64,000 nucleotides of DNA, from the NCBI GenBank assembly GCA_963787665.1, contig CAWBDZ010000011.1:910774-974773 (forward strand), in the 5' to 3' direction. This document shows, piece after piece, positions 9,655 to 18,864 of the stretch; positions within the stretch are counted from its first letter, which is position 1; each line of letters starts with the position of its first letter. The position numbers and the translations under genes are program-made. The notes under the pieces were generated by a model. That model worked only from the letters and a program-made list of their open reading frames with translations, was not told the origin of the DNA and did not search any database. The DNA comes from an uncultured Actinomycetota bacterium. GTDB taxonomy: Bacteria > Actinomycetota > Actinomycetes > Streptosporangiales > Streptosporangiaceae.

Positions 9655-10548
9655 TCAGCCCTGCCTGCCGGGCTGGGGCTTGAAAGACCGCTCGACCTGC
9701 GCCGCGAGGCTATCGAGGTCCCACGGCTGCTGGCCGATCAGCCGGACCACCGGAGCCGGGTTGTTGTAGAGCGACACTTCATAGCCGGAGGAGTGCACGA
9801 TCCGGCCGGTCAGCCAGCCGGACCGCTCGCTGGCGAGGTAAGCGACGACGGTCGCGACGTTGTCAGGTGACCACTCGTCGGTGAAGGGACCGCCGCTGCG
9901 GCGACGCTCGGTCGGCACGGAGTCCGTCATCCGGGTGGCCGCGCCTGGCGAGACCGCGTTGGCCGTGACGCCGTACTTGCCAAGCGAGTTCGCGCACGAC
10001 CAGGTCAGGCCCACGATGCCCATCTTGGCGGCAGCGTAGTTCGGCTGGCCGGGCGCGCCGTGCAGCCCCGAAACGGACGTGAAGTTGATGATGCGGTTCT
10101 GCGCATGCTCCTCGCGCAGCGAGCGCCAGTGAGCGGCGGCGAACTTGGACGTGTTGAAAGTGCCCCTCAGGTGCACCCTGATGACGTCATCCCACTCCTG
10201 CTCGGACATGTTGAAGATCATCCGGTCGCGCAGGATGCCAGCCACGTTGACCAGGACGTCGAGGCGGCCGAACTCGCTGATAGCGGTCTTGATCAGGTCC
10301 TCGGCGGCCGCGTGATCAGAGACATCTGCAGCGTTGGCTATCGCCTTGCCGCCGCCGGTAGTGATCTCGGTGACCACTTGACTGGCTGGTCCGGCGTCGC
10401 TGCCCGAGCCGTCGACGTTGCCACCGAGGTCATTCACTACGACGCTCGCGCCCTCGCGCGCCAGTAGCAGCGCGGTCGACCTGCCGATGCCGCGGCCGGC
10501 CCCGGTAACGATCGCGACCCGTCCGTCCAGGCTGCTCATGCAGCTCAC
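9655..10548 (-). CDS. SDR-family oxidoreductase (3-hydroxyacyl-CoA dehydrogenase-like)
   Basis: GRVAIVTGAGRGIGRSTAL Rossmann motif, NVAGI, and a YAAAKMG catalytic YxxxK. Confidence 0.8.
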   Translation of the reverse strand: MSCMSSLDGRVAIVTGAGRGIGRSTALLLAREGASVVVNDLGGNVDGSGSDAGPASQVVTEITTGGGKAIANAADVSDHAAAEDLIKTAISEFGRLDVLVNVAGILRDRMIFNMSEQEWDDVIRVHLRGTFNTSKFAAAHWRSLREEHAQNRIINFTSVSGLHGAPGQPNYAAAKMGIVGLTWSCANSLGKYGVTANAVSPGAATRMTDSVPTERRRSGGPFTDEWSPDNVATVVAYLASERSGWLTGRIVHSSGYEVSLYNNPAPVVRLIGQQPWDLDSLAAQVERSFKPQPGRQG

Positions 10549-10580
10549 CCGACCTTCCTTCTAGTCAAGATGCCCGATAC

Positions 10581-10595
10581 TAGAACGCTCTTCTG
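10581..10595. promoter_or_regulatory. candidate TetR-type operator TAGAACGCTCTTCTG (TAGAA-N5-TTCTx)
   Basis: Lies in the SDR/TetR divergent intergenic region. Same architecture as the sites at 15334-15348 and 21819-21833. Confidence 0.45.
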
Positions 10596-10623
10596 AAATT
10601 ATCCATGCGAGGGTATCGTCCAG

Positions 10624-10661
10624 CTACGTAGATGCAATCTACGTAGACCGGATCTACGTAG
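10624..10661. promoter_or_regulatory. three copies of palindrome CTACGTAG phased every 15 bp
   Basis: Copies at 10624-10631, 10639-10646 and 10654-10661. The last copy ends 14 nt before the TetR ATG at 10675. Confidence 0.5.
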
Positions 10662-10674
10662 GCGGTGAGCCCAG

Positions 10675-11307
10675 ATGGCTGAGCCGCAGGCGCGGAGGCC
10701 AGGCAGCAACTCCTGGCAGTGGGGGCGCACTGCGCAGACACAGCGTGCGCTGCTGGACGCGGCACGCGAGGTCTTCACCCGGCAGGGGTTCGCCGACGCC
10801 AGCATCGCGGACGTGGTCGAGCGGGCCGGGTCCAGCGTAGGCAGCCTGTATCACCACTTCGGCGGCAAGAGCGAGCTGTTCCTAGCGCTCTGGCAGGAGC
10901 ATCAGCTGGCCTATGAGCAGGCTGCCAGCACAGCGGTGGCCACTGCCAGGCAGTCGGGTGTCAGCGATCCCGCCAAGCTGTTCGCGGCCGGTGCCCGCGC
11001 CTTCCTCGAGGGCAGCTGGCAGCGGCGGGACCTGGCGCTGCTGTTCTCAGCAGGCGATGGGCCACCGGGTTTTGAGGTCATGCGGCGGCAGCGCGGACAT
11101 GACTGGGTCCGCCAGAACGACGCGCTGCTGCGGCTGCCTGACACTTCGCTTGACCGGCTCTACGCGGCGGTGCTCACGTCACTAATCGCTGAAGGTGCCC
11201 GCGAAGTCGCCGCCGCGAAGACGAGGGCACAAGCCACCCGGATTATCGAGGCGGTCATCGAGTACGTGGCCCGGATGATGGCCGGCGGCCCGGCCAGGCC
11301 GGACTGA
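10675..11307 (+). CDS. TetR/AcrR-family transcriptional regulator
   Basis: 210 aa. N-terminal HTH: TQRALLDAAREVFTRQGFADASIADVVERAGSSVGSLYHHFGGKSELF. Confidence 0.85.
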   Translation: MAEPQARRPGSNSWQWGRTAQTQRALLDAAREVFTRQGFADASIADVVERAGSSVGSLYHHFGGKSELFLALWQEHQLAYEQAASTAVATARQSGVSDPAKLFAAGARAFLEGSWQRRDLALLFSAGDGPPGFEVMRRQRGHDWVRQNDALLRLPDTSLDRLYAAVLTSLIAEGAREVAAAKTRAQATRIIEAVIEYVARMMAGGPARPD

Positions 11308-11317
11308 CCTCGGTTGC

Positions 11318-11638
11318 TCAGACGGCCGGGTGCCAGCCAAGGCCGATGCACCCGACGACGCGTTCATAGGGCAGGCCGGCCCGGTCGGTGAGCACTCGGA
11401 CGCCGTCCTGCGGCCCGGCGAAGACGAAGAGCAGAACCTCGTCTTCGGGCACTAGCAGCGAGCCGAGGAACTTGACCTGGGCCAGATCCGGTTGCCCGAG
11501 TTCGGAGATGATGCGCAATCCCATCTCGGCCGCGTCGGCGGCGGTAACCCCTGGCACCAGGCACTCGGTGATGTGCCAAGCCGGGGCTGGAGCCGGATGG
11601 CCTGCGGCCGGCTCCGGCCTGGGCTTTGAGGTCGTCAT
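11318..11638 (-). CDS. small hypothetical protein (possibly DUF4242-like)
   Basis: Internal ATG gives MTTSKPRPEPAAGHPAPAPAWHITECLVPGVTAADAAEMGLRIISELG...VLLFVFAGPQDGVRVLTDRAGLPYERVV. The upstream part of the 198-aa track ORF is Arg-rich and reads out of character. Confidence 0.4.
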   Translation of the reverse strand: MTTSKPRPEPAAGHPAPAPAWHITECLVPGVTAADAAEMGLRIISELGQPDLAQVKFLGSLLVPEDEVLLFVFAGPQDGVRVLTDRAGLPYERVVGCIGLGWHPAV

Positions 11639-11664
11639 GGCGAGGCGCCGTTCGCGTCGGACTG

Positions 11665-12153
11665 CTAACCGATCGCGGTGAGCACGATGGAGTGGGCCTG
11701 GGAGCCGCTGCCGAAGTCGTCGCAGCGGAAGCTGATCGTTGCCTTGTGCTTGACAGTTACCACGGCGCTGACCACGTTCACGCCGGCTGAGGTGCCACCC
11801 GATCCGCCTACCTTCGGCGACTGGAAGGCGCTGGTGTCCAGCAGCTTGCCGCCGTTGAAGACCGAGCAGCCGACGACGATGTTCGCTGACGTACTTGGGG
11901 TGCTGTCCGCCCACATCTTGGCCGAGATCAGCCAGCGGCCTGATCCCAGTGCGAGCCTGACGAGCGTCTTGTTCGCGTTGCTTAGCTTGACCGGGCCGGT
12001 CACGTGCGCCGACTTGATCTGGACTGCACTGCTGCTTGCGTTACTGCTTGCCCCGAAGGCCGGGCTGGCCGCAAGCGATAGCGAGATGACCAATGCGGCG
12101 GCGCCGCATGCTCCGGCCGCCACGGCGGCGCGGTTCCAGCTGTTCTTGCGCAT
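11665..12153 (-). CDS. secreted hypothetical protein
   Basis: 162 aa. Signal peptide MRKNSWNRAAVAAGACGAAALVISLSLAASPAFGA, then a beta-rich body. Confidence 0.55.
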   Translation of the reverse strand: MRKNSWNRAAVAAGACGAAALVISLSLAASPAFGASSNASSSAVQIKSAHVTGPVKLSNANKTLVRLALGSGRWLISAKMWADSTPSTSANIVVGCSVFNGGKLLDTSAFQSPKVGGSGGTSAGVNVVSAVVTVKHKATISFRCDDFGSGSQAHSIVLTAIG

Positions 12154-12236
12154 ATGCGACTCCCTGAGATCTGGCCTGTTGTGCCGGACGCTCTGAGGCT
12201 AGATTTCTGGTGATCGCAGCCGCATCGGGGAAAACC

Positions 12237-15017
12237 CTACGGTTGCGGCCCGGCTTCGGGCTGAGCCGCGTGCACACCGGCGTGGCCTGCTAGCTCGGTC
12301 CTGGATCTGACACCAAGCTTGCGATAAGCCCTGGAGAGATTGGCCTCCACGGTCTTGGCGGACAAGAACAGCTTCGCGGCTATCTCCGAGTTGCGCAGGC
12401 CGCCCGCAGCCAGTTCGGCGACCAGCTGCTCGGAGGCAGTCAGTTGGCCGCCGCTGCCCCGGCGCCCGTACGCCCGCCCGAGCTCGTCGCCCGCGAGGGC
12501 CGCCCACGCGGCTGCGCCGGCCGACTCGAACTGAGTGATGGCCTGGGTCAGATAATCCTGTGCGCGGTGCCGTTCGTTTCGGCGGCGGTAGAGCCGGCCG
12601 GCCGCCAGCAGCGTGCGGCCGCGCTCGGCTGGCATGTCGAGCGACCGGTGAGCGTCCAGTGCCCGCTCGTAGTCGGCAGCTGCCCGGTCAAGCTCGCCAC
12701 GGGCGGCATTAAGCAAGCCCCGGCACCTGGCGGAGACTGCGAGGATCCACGGGCGCGGCAGCGCCTCGGCCCGCGCCTCTAGCCGCTGCACAAGTGACTC
12801 CGCGCGGCCCAGCTCTCCTAGGCCGATCACGGCCTCAGCGTGGTCGGCCTGGAACCTGTTGGTGGCCGGCTCGCGGTTGTGCATCAGGTCCTCGATCTCG
12901 TTCGCGCGAGTTAGCTGCGCATCGGCGGCGGCCAGATTGCCTTCCGACAAGGCGACCAGGCCGAGCACCGCCCTGGCCATTCCTTCCAATATCAGGTCGG
13001 GGGGCGTGCCCAGCCGCCGGAGTACCTGCTCGCAGGCCGCCCGCGCCAAGCTCAGATCTCCCGCCTGTGCGCATACATAGCCCTTCGCGCACAGGGCCAT
13101 CTGGATATATGTCTCCTGTTCGGTCTGCTCCGCGAGGTCCAGCGCCTCGTCCGCGAGCTCTTTGGCGCGTTCCATCCGGCCGGTCATCGCCTCGATCCTG
13201 GACAGATGGGTGAGGACCCCGGTGACCGTCGCCTCGTCCCCCTTCTCGCGGAAGGCCCGGAGTATGTCGCGGAACCTGGCCCGCGCCATGTCGAAGTCGT
13301 CAAAGTTCCGCGCCCAGAACGCGGGCACGGTGCTCATCTCCCAGGCCGCCACATCGTGCTGCAGCTGCATGCCTTTCTCGATCGCGGCGTGGTCCGCGCC
13401 GTGTCCTGCGTAGAGCCGGAACAGCGCGAGGTTGTGCAGCGCGAAGCAGTACAGGACCGGGTCCTCGTGCTCGTCCAGCAAGGCAAGCGCGGCCTCGCCA
13501 TGCTGCACGGCGATGTCGGCGTCGTCACTCTGGGCCGCAATACGGGAATGGATCCGCGCCCGCAGGGCGTCCGTCTCGGCTTCTGCCAGCGCCTGGGTCA
13601 TGTGCGCGATGGCCATGTCGCCCTCGCCTTGCACCCAGACCACGCTGCCCAGCTCAAGCAGGACGCGGGCCCTGTCCTGCCCAGCCGGCAGGGACCGCAG
13701 CGAGCGCTCTAGCTCATGCCGTGCGCCCGTCGGATCGCCGGCGAAATATCGGCGCTCGGCCAGCTCCAGCTGACGGCGGACCAGGTTCTCCTGGTCGTCT
13801 GCGGAGGTCAGGCGGCAGGCTAGCGCTATCAGCTCGACTGCGGCGTCGGCTGCGCCGCGGGCTCCGGCCGCCGCAGCGGCACGATCCAGTGCCTCGGCGG
13901 TTTCGCGGTCTGGCCCGTCAGCGGCAATAGCCAGATGCCTGGCTCGCTCCTCCGGGCTCGTGGCCGAGCCAGCCAGCTCGCGGTGCAGGCTCCGGCGCGC
14001 GGCCTCGGTGAGCGCAGAGTACAGAGCCGACCCGTAGAGCGGGTGGGTGAACTCGACCCTATCGTCGGACTGCACCCGGACTATCCCGGCGCGCTCGGCC
14101 GGAGCCAGCGCTTCAAGGTCCAGGTCCAGTGCAGACGCACGAGACGATGCGGCGACTATTGCGAGCACGTGACGCGTCGTCCGAGGCAGCCGCCTCAGCC
14201 GCAACTGCGCCAGTTCGCGGTGGTCGTCCGGGACCGGGAGCGGCCGGCCGGGCGCGGGCACGCCTCGGCGGATGACCTCCCGGCCGATCTCAAGGGCATA
14301 GAACGGGTTGCCGCCGGCGGCCCGGTGGATCCGGGCCAGCACCGGGCGGGCGAACGACCTGCCAAGTGCTTGTTGGAACATCTGGTGCACGGCGGCCACG
14401 GTCAGCGGGCCGACCTGCTGACGCAGCTGCGCGGCGGAATCAACCGCCGACTCAAGCAGCGGCAGCGCGCCGTCCGCACGGCTGGTGGCGGCATCGGTGC
14501 GGATCGCGGCCACTATCTGCAGCCTGGGGCTGTCGAGCCGCCGGAGTGCGAAAGCAACCGCTCGTGCGGATGCCGGATCGAGCCACTGCGCGTCATCGAC
14601 CGCGATCAGCAACGGCTGCTCTAGCACGAGCGTGCCTAGTAGCGCGGTCAGGCCGGTACCGACAGCACGCGCGTCGAGATCGCCGTTACCAGCCTCCTCT
14701 CGCAGCAGGGCAACGAGCAGCGCGCGTCGCTGCGGCGTAGGCAGCTGGAGATATGCCGCCTCAGGCAGCGGTCGCAGCAGGTCAGCGAGGCCGACCAGCG
14801 GCAGCCCGGCGTCGGACGGTGCCGGGCGGCAAGACAGGACCTGCCAGTCCAGGCGCTCGGCCCGGTCAACAGCCGCGGACCAGAGCGTCGTTTTACCGAT
14901 CCCTGCCTCGCCTTCGATGAAGAATGCGCGGGCAGGAGTGCCAGGCTGGTCTGGTTGGCAGGCATGCAACCAGGCCTCGATCTGGTGCAGCTCAGCGTGC
15001 CTACCGAGGACGGCCAT
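12237..15017 (-). CDS. large ATP-binding LuxR-family (LAL/MalT-like) transcriptional regulator
   Basis: 926 aa. N-terminal Walker A FFIEGEAGIGKTTLW, a long TPR-like helical middle, and a C-terminal LuxR HTH LTASEQLVAELAAGGLRNSEIAAKLFLSAKTVEANLSRAYRKLGV. Confidence 0.85.
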   Translation of the reverse strand: MAVLGRHAELHQIEAWLHACQPDQPGTPARAFFIEGEAGIGKTTLWSAAVDRAERLDWQVLSCRPAPSDAGLPLVGLADLLRPLPEAAYLQLPTPQRRALLVALLREEAGNGDLDARAVGTGLTALLGTLVLEQPLLIAVDDAQWLDPASARAVAFALRRLDSPRLQIVAAIRTDAATSRADGALPLLESAVDSAAQLRQQVGPLTVAAVHQMFQQALGRSFARPVLARIHRAAGGNPFYALEIGREVIRRGVPAPGRPLPVPDDHRELAQLRLRRLPRTTRHVLAIVAASSRASALDLDLEALAPAERAGIVRVQSDDRVEFTHPLYGSALYSALTEAARRSLHRELAGSATSPEERARHLAIAADGPDRETAEALDRAAAAAGARGAADAAVELIALACRLTSADDQENLVRRQLELAERRYFAGDPTGARHELERSLRSLPAGQDRARVLLELGSVVWVQGEGDMAIAHMTQALAEAETDALRARIHSRIAAQSDDADIAVQHGEAALALLDEHEDPVLYCFALHNLALFRLYAGHGADHAAIEKGMQLQHDVAAWEMSTVPAFWARNFDDFDMARARFRDILRAFREKGDEATVTGVLTHLSRIEAMTGRMERAKELADEALDLAEQTEQETYIQMALCAKGYVCAQAGDLSLARAACEQVLRRLGTPPDLILEGMARAVLGLVALSEGNLAAADAQLTRANEIEDLMHNREPATNRFQADHAEAVIGLGELGRAESLVQRLEARAEALPRPWILAVSARCRGLLNAARGELDRAAADYERALDAHRSLDMPAERGRTLLAAGRLYRRRNERHRAQDYLTQAITQFESAGAAAWAALAGDELGRAYGRRGSGGQLTASEQLVAELAAGGLRNSEIAAKLFLSAKTVEANLSRAYRKLGVRSRTELAGHAGVHAAQPEAGPQP

Positions 15018-15253
15018 CAGCGTCAGAAGTAGCAGCGGGCGTTGCCACGGCCACTCCGCGAATTGCGGGACCCAGCGACATGGGCGGTAACGGCGGCAGG
15101 CCAGGTCGGCTGCGCTTCATGCGGGCCTCCATCTGGCCGCCAGCAACGGCTTACCGAGAAGCCAATAAGCCGCTGACGCAGACTATAGCCAACAAGTCGT
15201 CCCTGAATAAGGCGTTAGTGGCCGCTTGAACAGCGGAGACTGTTCTGTATGGC

Positions 15254-15304
15254 GCGGCACTGCCTTGACGGCGGCACTGCCTTGAGGGCGGCACTGCCTT
15301 GACA
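15254..15304. repeat. 3 x 17-bp perfect-core tandem repeat GCGGCACTGCCTTGA(nn)
   Basis: Units at 15254, 15271 and 15288, in the intergenic region between the LAL regulator and the fadE operon. Each unit contains TTGAC. Confidence 0.9.
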
Positions 15305-15333
15305 GCAGCAGCGCAGCCAGGATTTCATCGGTC

Positions 15334-15348
15334 TAGAACGTGATTCTA
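15334..15348. promoter_or_regulatory. candidate TetR-type operator TAGAACGTGATTCTA (extended palindrome CTAGAA-N5-TTCTAG)
   Basis: Lies 74 nt upstream of the fadE ATG at 15422. Shares TAGAA-N5-TTCTA with two other sites. Confidence 0.5.
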
Positions 15349-15421
15349 GGATTTGTCCATCGTCCAGCAGCCGGGCCGCAGCTGCGAGCTGGGCTCAGCC
15401 GGCGAAGCCGGGGAGGTTTCA

Positions 15422-16645
15422 ATGGATCTTGACCTTGGCCCGGAGATCGCGCAGTTCCGCGCTGAGTTGCGGGACTGGATAGCCGAGCACGCCCCGGCCG
15501 GCCTTGCTGAGCTGATCGACTGGAACAACGTCGTCACCACTGGTGGCTACGGCAGCGAGCGCCGGGCCGCCGCGGCTGCGCACCCGGCCTATGCGCAGTG
15601 GGAACGCGAACTGGCGCAAGCGCGGCTGATCTGCCCGCAGTGGCCCGAGAAATTCGGCGGCAAAGGCCTGGACGCGGTTCGCACCGCAATCTTCAACGAG
15701 GAGCTTTACCGGGCCGGCCTGCCTCGGGTGGTCCGGGGCATGGGCGAGAGCCTGGTCGGTCCGTCGATCATCGTGCACGGCACCCCTGAGCAGCAGACGC
15801 ATTTCCTGCCCAGGATCATCTCTGGCGATGACGTGTACTGCCAGGGATTCTCCGAGCCGGGCACCGGCTCCGATCTGGCCGGCCTGCAAACCAAGGGCGA
15901 GATCGACGGTGACGAGATTGTCATCACCGGGCAGAAGCTATGGACGTCCGGCGCGGCCAGGGCAAACAAGATGTTCGTCCTCTGCCGCACCGACCCGGAC
16001 GCCGAGAAGCACGCCGGCATCTCCTTCGTCCTGATCGACTTCACCGATCCCAGGGTCAGCTACCAACCGGTCCGGCAGATGTCTGGCGCGGCCGAGTTCT
16101 GCGAGGACTTCCTGGACGGCGTCCGGGCCCCGCTGTTCAACGTGATCGGGGGGCTGAACAACGGCTGGCGGGTGGCCATGACCACGCTCGGCTACGAGCG
16201 CGGTGGCAGTGCCACGATCTTGCACCTGAGTTACGAGCGGGAATTCTGGGAGCTAGCCGAGACCGCGCGCAAGCGTGGCAACAACACCGATCCGCTCATC
16301 CGCCAGCAGCTTGCCTGGGCCTACAGCCACGTGCAGCTGATGAGGTTCACTGGCCTGCGCACGCTGGCGCGGCTGGCTGAGGGCCGCCAGCCCGGCCCGG
16401 AAGCGTCGATTTCCAAGCTGTTCTGGAGCGAGTACCACAAGCGGCTTGGCGAGATCGCGATGGACATCGAGGGAACCGACGGCCTGGTCCGGCCCGCTGG
16501 CGATGGATACCAGACGTCCAATTGGCAGAACGTCTTCCTGTCCAGCCGGGCGGGCACCATTTACTCGGGCACCAGTGAGATCCAGCGCAACATCATCGCC
16601 GAGCGCGCCCTTGGGCTCCCCAAGGAGCCGCGGGTGCGGGCGTGA
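15422..16645 (+). CDS. acyl-CoA dehydrogenase
   Basis: ACAD domains (YCQGFSEPGTGSDLAG, GQKLWTSGA, IYSGTSEIQRNIIAE). The in-frame ATG at 15422 (MDLDLGPEIAQFRAELRDWI) is preferred to the track start 15353. Confidence 0.85.
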   Translation: MDLDLGPEIAQFRAELRDWIAEHAPAGLAELIDWNNVVTTGGYGSERRAAAAAHPAYAQWERELAQARLICPQWPEKFGGKGLDAVRTAIFNEELYRAGLPRVVRGMGESLVGPSIIVHGTPEQQTHFLPRIISGDDVYCQGFSEPGTGSDLAGLQTKGEIDGDEIVITGQKLWTSGAARANKMFVLCRTDPDAEKHAGISFVLIDFTDPRVSYQPVRQMSGAAEFCEDFLDGVRAPLFNVIGGLNNGWRVAMTTLGYERGGSATILHLSYEREFWELAETARKRGNNTDPLIRQQLAWAYSHVQLMRFTGLRTLARLAEGRQPGPEASISKLFWSEYHKRLGEIAMDIEGTDGLVRPAGDGYQTSNWQNVFLSSRAGTIYSGTSEIQRNIIAERALGLPKEPRVRA

Positions 16646-18864
16646 CCAGCGCGGACACGACCGCGCAGGCCGCCGCCGACGGGGCCGTGCGCGCAGCGAA
16701 CGCAGGCCCGGTCGCGACCCGGGCGGCCGCGCGCGTGCTCGTCACGCCGGACCGGCTGGCAGAGTTCTTCGCGCCGCGTAGCGTCGCAATGGTCGGAGCT
16801 TCGGAGAGCTCCGGCTGGTCCAGGTTCATCGTCGCGGCGAGCAGCGCGGTCGGCTTCACCGGCCCGTTGCTGCCGGTGCACCCGCGCCATCAGAGGATCT
16901 TCGGCCGGCCAGCGGCAGCCAGCCTGCGACACCTCGCCGAGCCGGCCGACCTGGCCTTCATCCTGGCTCCGACACAGGCCGTCGCGGGAGTGATCGAAGA
17001 CGCGGCCGCCGCCGGGGTGCGGAACGTGGTCGTCCTCGCCTCCGGTTACCGGGAGGCCGGCCCGGCTGGCCGGGCATTGGAGGACGATCTGGTAGCGGCA
17101 GCGGCCGGGCACGACATCGTGGTGCTCGGGCCGAATTGCCTCGGTTTCCTGAATACCGCCGCTCGCGCCGCTCCGTACGCGCTGACCGTGCCGCTCCCGC
17201 TGACGGCTGGGCCGGTTGGCATCGCGCTCCAGAGCGGTGCACTGGCCAGCGCGTTCCTGGCGTTCGCCCGGTCGCAGGCCATCGGCGTCAGCACCGTCGC
17301 CTCACTGGGTAACGAGGCGATGATCACTACTGCCGACATGCTCGATTACCTAGTCGCAGACGAGCAGACCAAGGTCATCTGCCTGTTCCTGGAGGAGATC
17401 GGGGACCCGGCGGCATTCAGCGCGGCGGCGCTGCGAGCCGACCGAGCAGGCAAGCCGATCGTCGCGCTCAAGGCCGGCGCCAGCCCTGCTGGCCAGCAGG
17501 CGGCGCTCGCGCATACCGGGGCCGTCGCCGGCAACGACGCTATCGTTGACGCCGCGCTGCGCCAGCTCAACGTGATCCGCGTTACCAGCATCGAGGAGTT
17601 GCTGAGCACTGCGGCGTTCCTCGGATACCAGCCCTGGCCGAAGGGTCGCCGGATGGGTGTGCTCACGGCCTCCGGCGGCGCCTGCGACATCATCGCCGAC
17701 AGGGCCAGCGCTGAGGGCATCGATATTCCGCCGTTCGCGCCGGAGACGGCGCAAGCCATCGCTGCGCACCTGCCGTCGTTCGCCGCCGCCCGCAACCCGT
17801 TGGACGTGACCGGGTACGTGCTGGCCAACGCCCGCAGCTCGCCGCTCACCGCGATCGATCACGCCCTCGACGCAGCCCTTGCCGATCCCGGCCTCGACTT
17901 CGTGATATTCACCGGGTTCACGGTCCCGGATACCCGGCCGCCGGACGACGCGATGGCTGAGCTGCTGGAGTCCAGGATTGACTGGCTGGCACGACGGGTG
18001 GCGTCGGCTCCGATACCGGCTGTACCGCTCGGCATGACGTGCACGGACATCAACGGGTACGCCCGGGACTTGCTGGGCAAGCACGACGTCCACTTGGTTG
18101 GCGGGATCGAGCTTGGCACCCGGGCGCTCGGCAACGCACTGCGCTGGCTGGAGCGACGCGGCACCGTGCGACCGCTACCCGGCCGGCCGGGCAGCCAGCC
18201 CGGCCAGGCGCGCGCGTGGGCTGAATCCCGTGCCCGCGACCTGCTAACAGCGGCTGGCATTCCGGTAGTGCCGGGCCGGGTGGCCCGATCGGCCGATGAC
18301 GCCGTGGCCGCGGCTCGCGACCTCGGCGTCCCGGTGGCGGTGAAGACCGCTGCTGCCGGGATCAGCCACAAGTCAGACATCGGCGGCGTCGTCCTTGGGC
18401 TGTCCGGGGATGCGGCTGTCCGGGACGGATATGCCCGGGTGGTGGCCGCCGCCGATGGCAAGGGTAACGACGTTCTCGTCACGGCTATGCGCACCGGAGG
18501 CGTCGAGGTGCTTGCGGGCGTGACCATGGACGCCGGCCTCGGGCCGGTGCTCGCGGTCGGGCTCGGGGGCATCTGGGTCGAAGTGCTGGGCGATACCAGC
18601 CTTCGCTTGCTGCCCGCCGGACCGGGCGAGGTCCGCCGTATGCTCGGCGAGCTACGCGGTCTGCCGCTGCTGCAAGGCGCGCGTGGCGGCATCGCAACAG
18701 ACCTGGACGCGCTCGCGCAGGTCATTGCCGGCATCGGCGAACTCGCTTGCGCACTGGATGGGCTTGAGGCCCTTGAAATTAATCCGCTATGGGTGTGCGG
18801 TGATCAGATCGAGGCGCTAGACGTCCTCGTCGTCGCCGCTGACGGAACGGAGTCGGACCGATGA
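16642..18864 (+). CDS. ADP-forming acyl-CoA synthetase (acetate--CoA ligase family; CoA-binding + ATP-grasp domains)
   Basis: 740 aa. PRSVAMVGASESSG CoA-binding start, GPNCLGF, LGNEA, then a C-terminal ATP-grasp region. GTGA overlap with the upstream fadE and ATGA overlap with the downstream fadE. Confidence 0.8.
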   Translation: MTSADTTAQAAADGAVRAANAGPVATRAAARVLVTPDRLAEFFAPRSVAMVGASESSGWSRFIVAASSAVGFTGPLLPVHPRHQRIFGRPAAASLRHLAEPADLAFILAPTQAVAGVIEDAAAAGVRNVVVLASGYREAGPAGRALEDDLVAAAAGHDIVVLGPNCLGFLNTAARAAPYALTVPLPLTAGPVGIALQSGALASAFLAFARSQAIGVSTVASLGNEAMITTADMLDYLVADEQTKVICLFLEEIGDPAAFSAAALRADRAGKPIVALKAGASPAGQQAALAHTGAVAGNDAIVDAALRQLNVIRVTSIEELLSTAAFLGYQPWPKGRRMGVLTASGGACDIIADRASAEGIDIPPFAPETAQAIAAHLPSFAAARNPLDVTGYVLANARSSPLTAIDHALDAALADPGLDFVIFTGFTVPDTRPPDDAMAELLESRIDWLARRVASAPIPAVPLGMTCTDINGYARDLLGKHDVHLVGGIELGTRALGNALRWLERRGTVRPLPGRPGSQPGQARAWAESRARDLLTAAGIPVVPGRVARSADDAVAAARDLGVPVAVKTAAAGISHKSDIGGVVLGLSGDAAVRDGYARVVAAADGKGNDVLVTAMRTGGVEVLAGVTMDAGLGPVLAVGLGGIWVEVLGDTSLRLLPAGPGEVRRMLGELRGLPLLQGARGGIATDLDALAQVIAGIGELACALDGLEALEINPLWVCGDQIEALDVLVVAADGTESDR

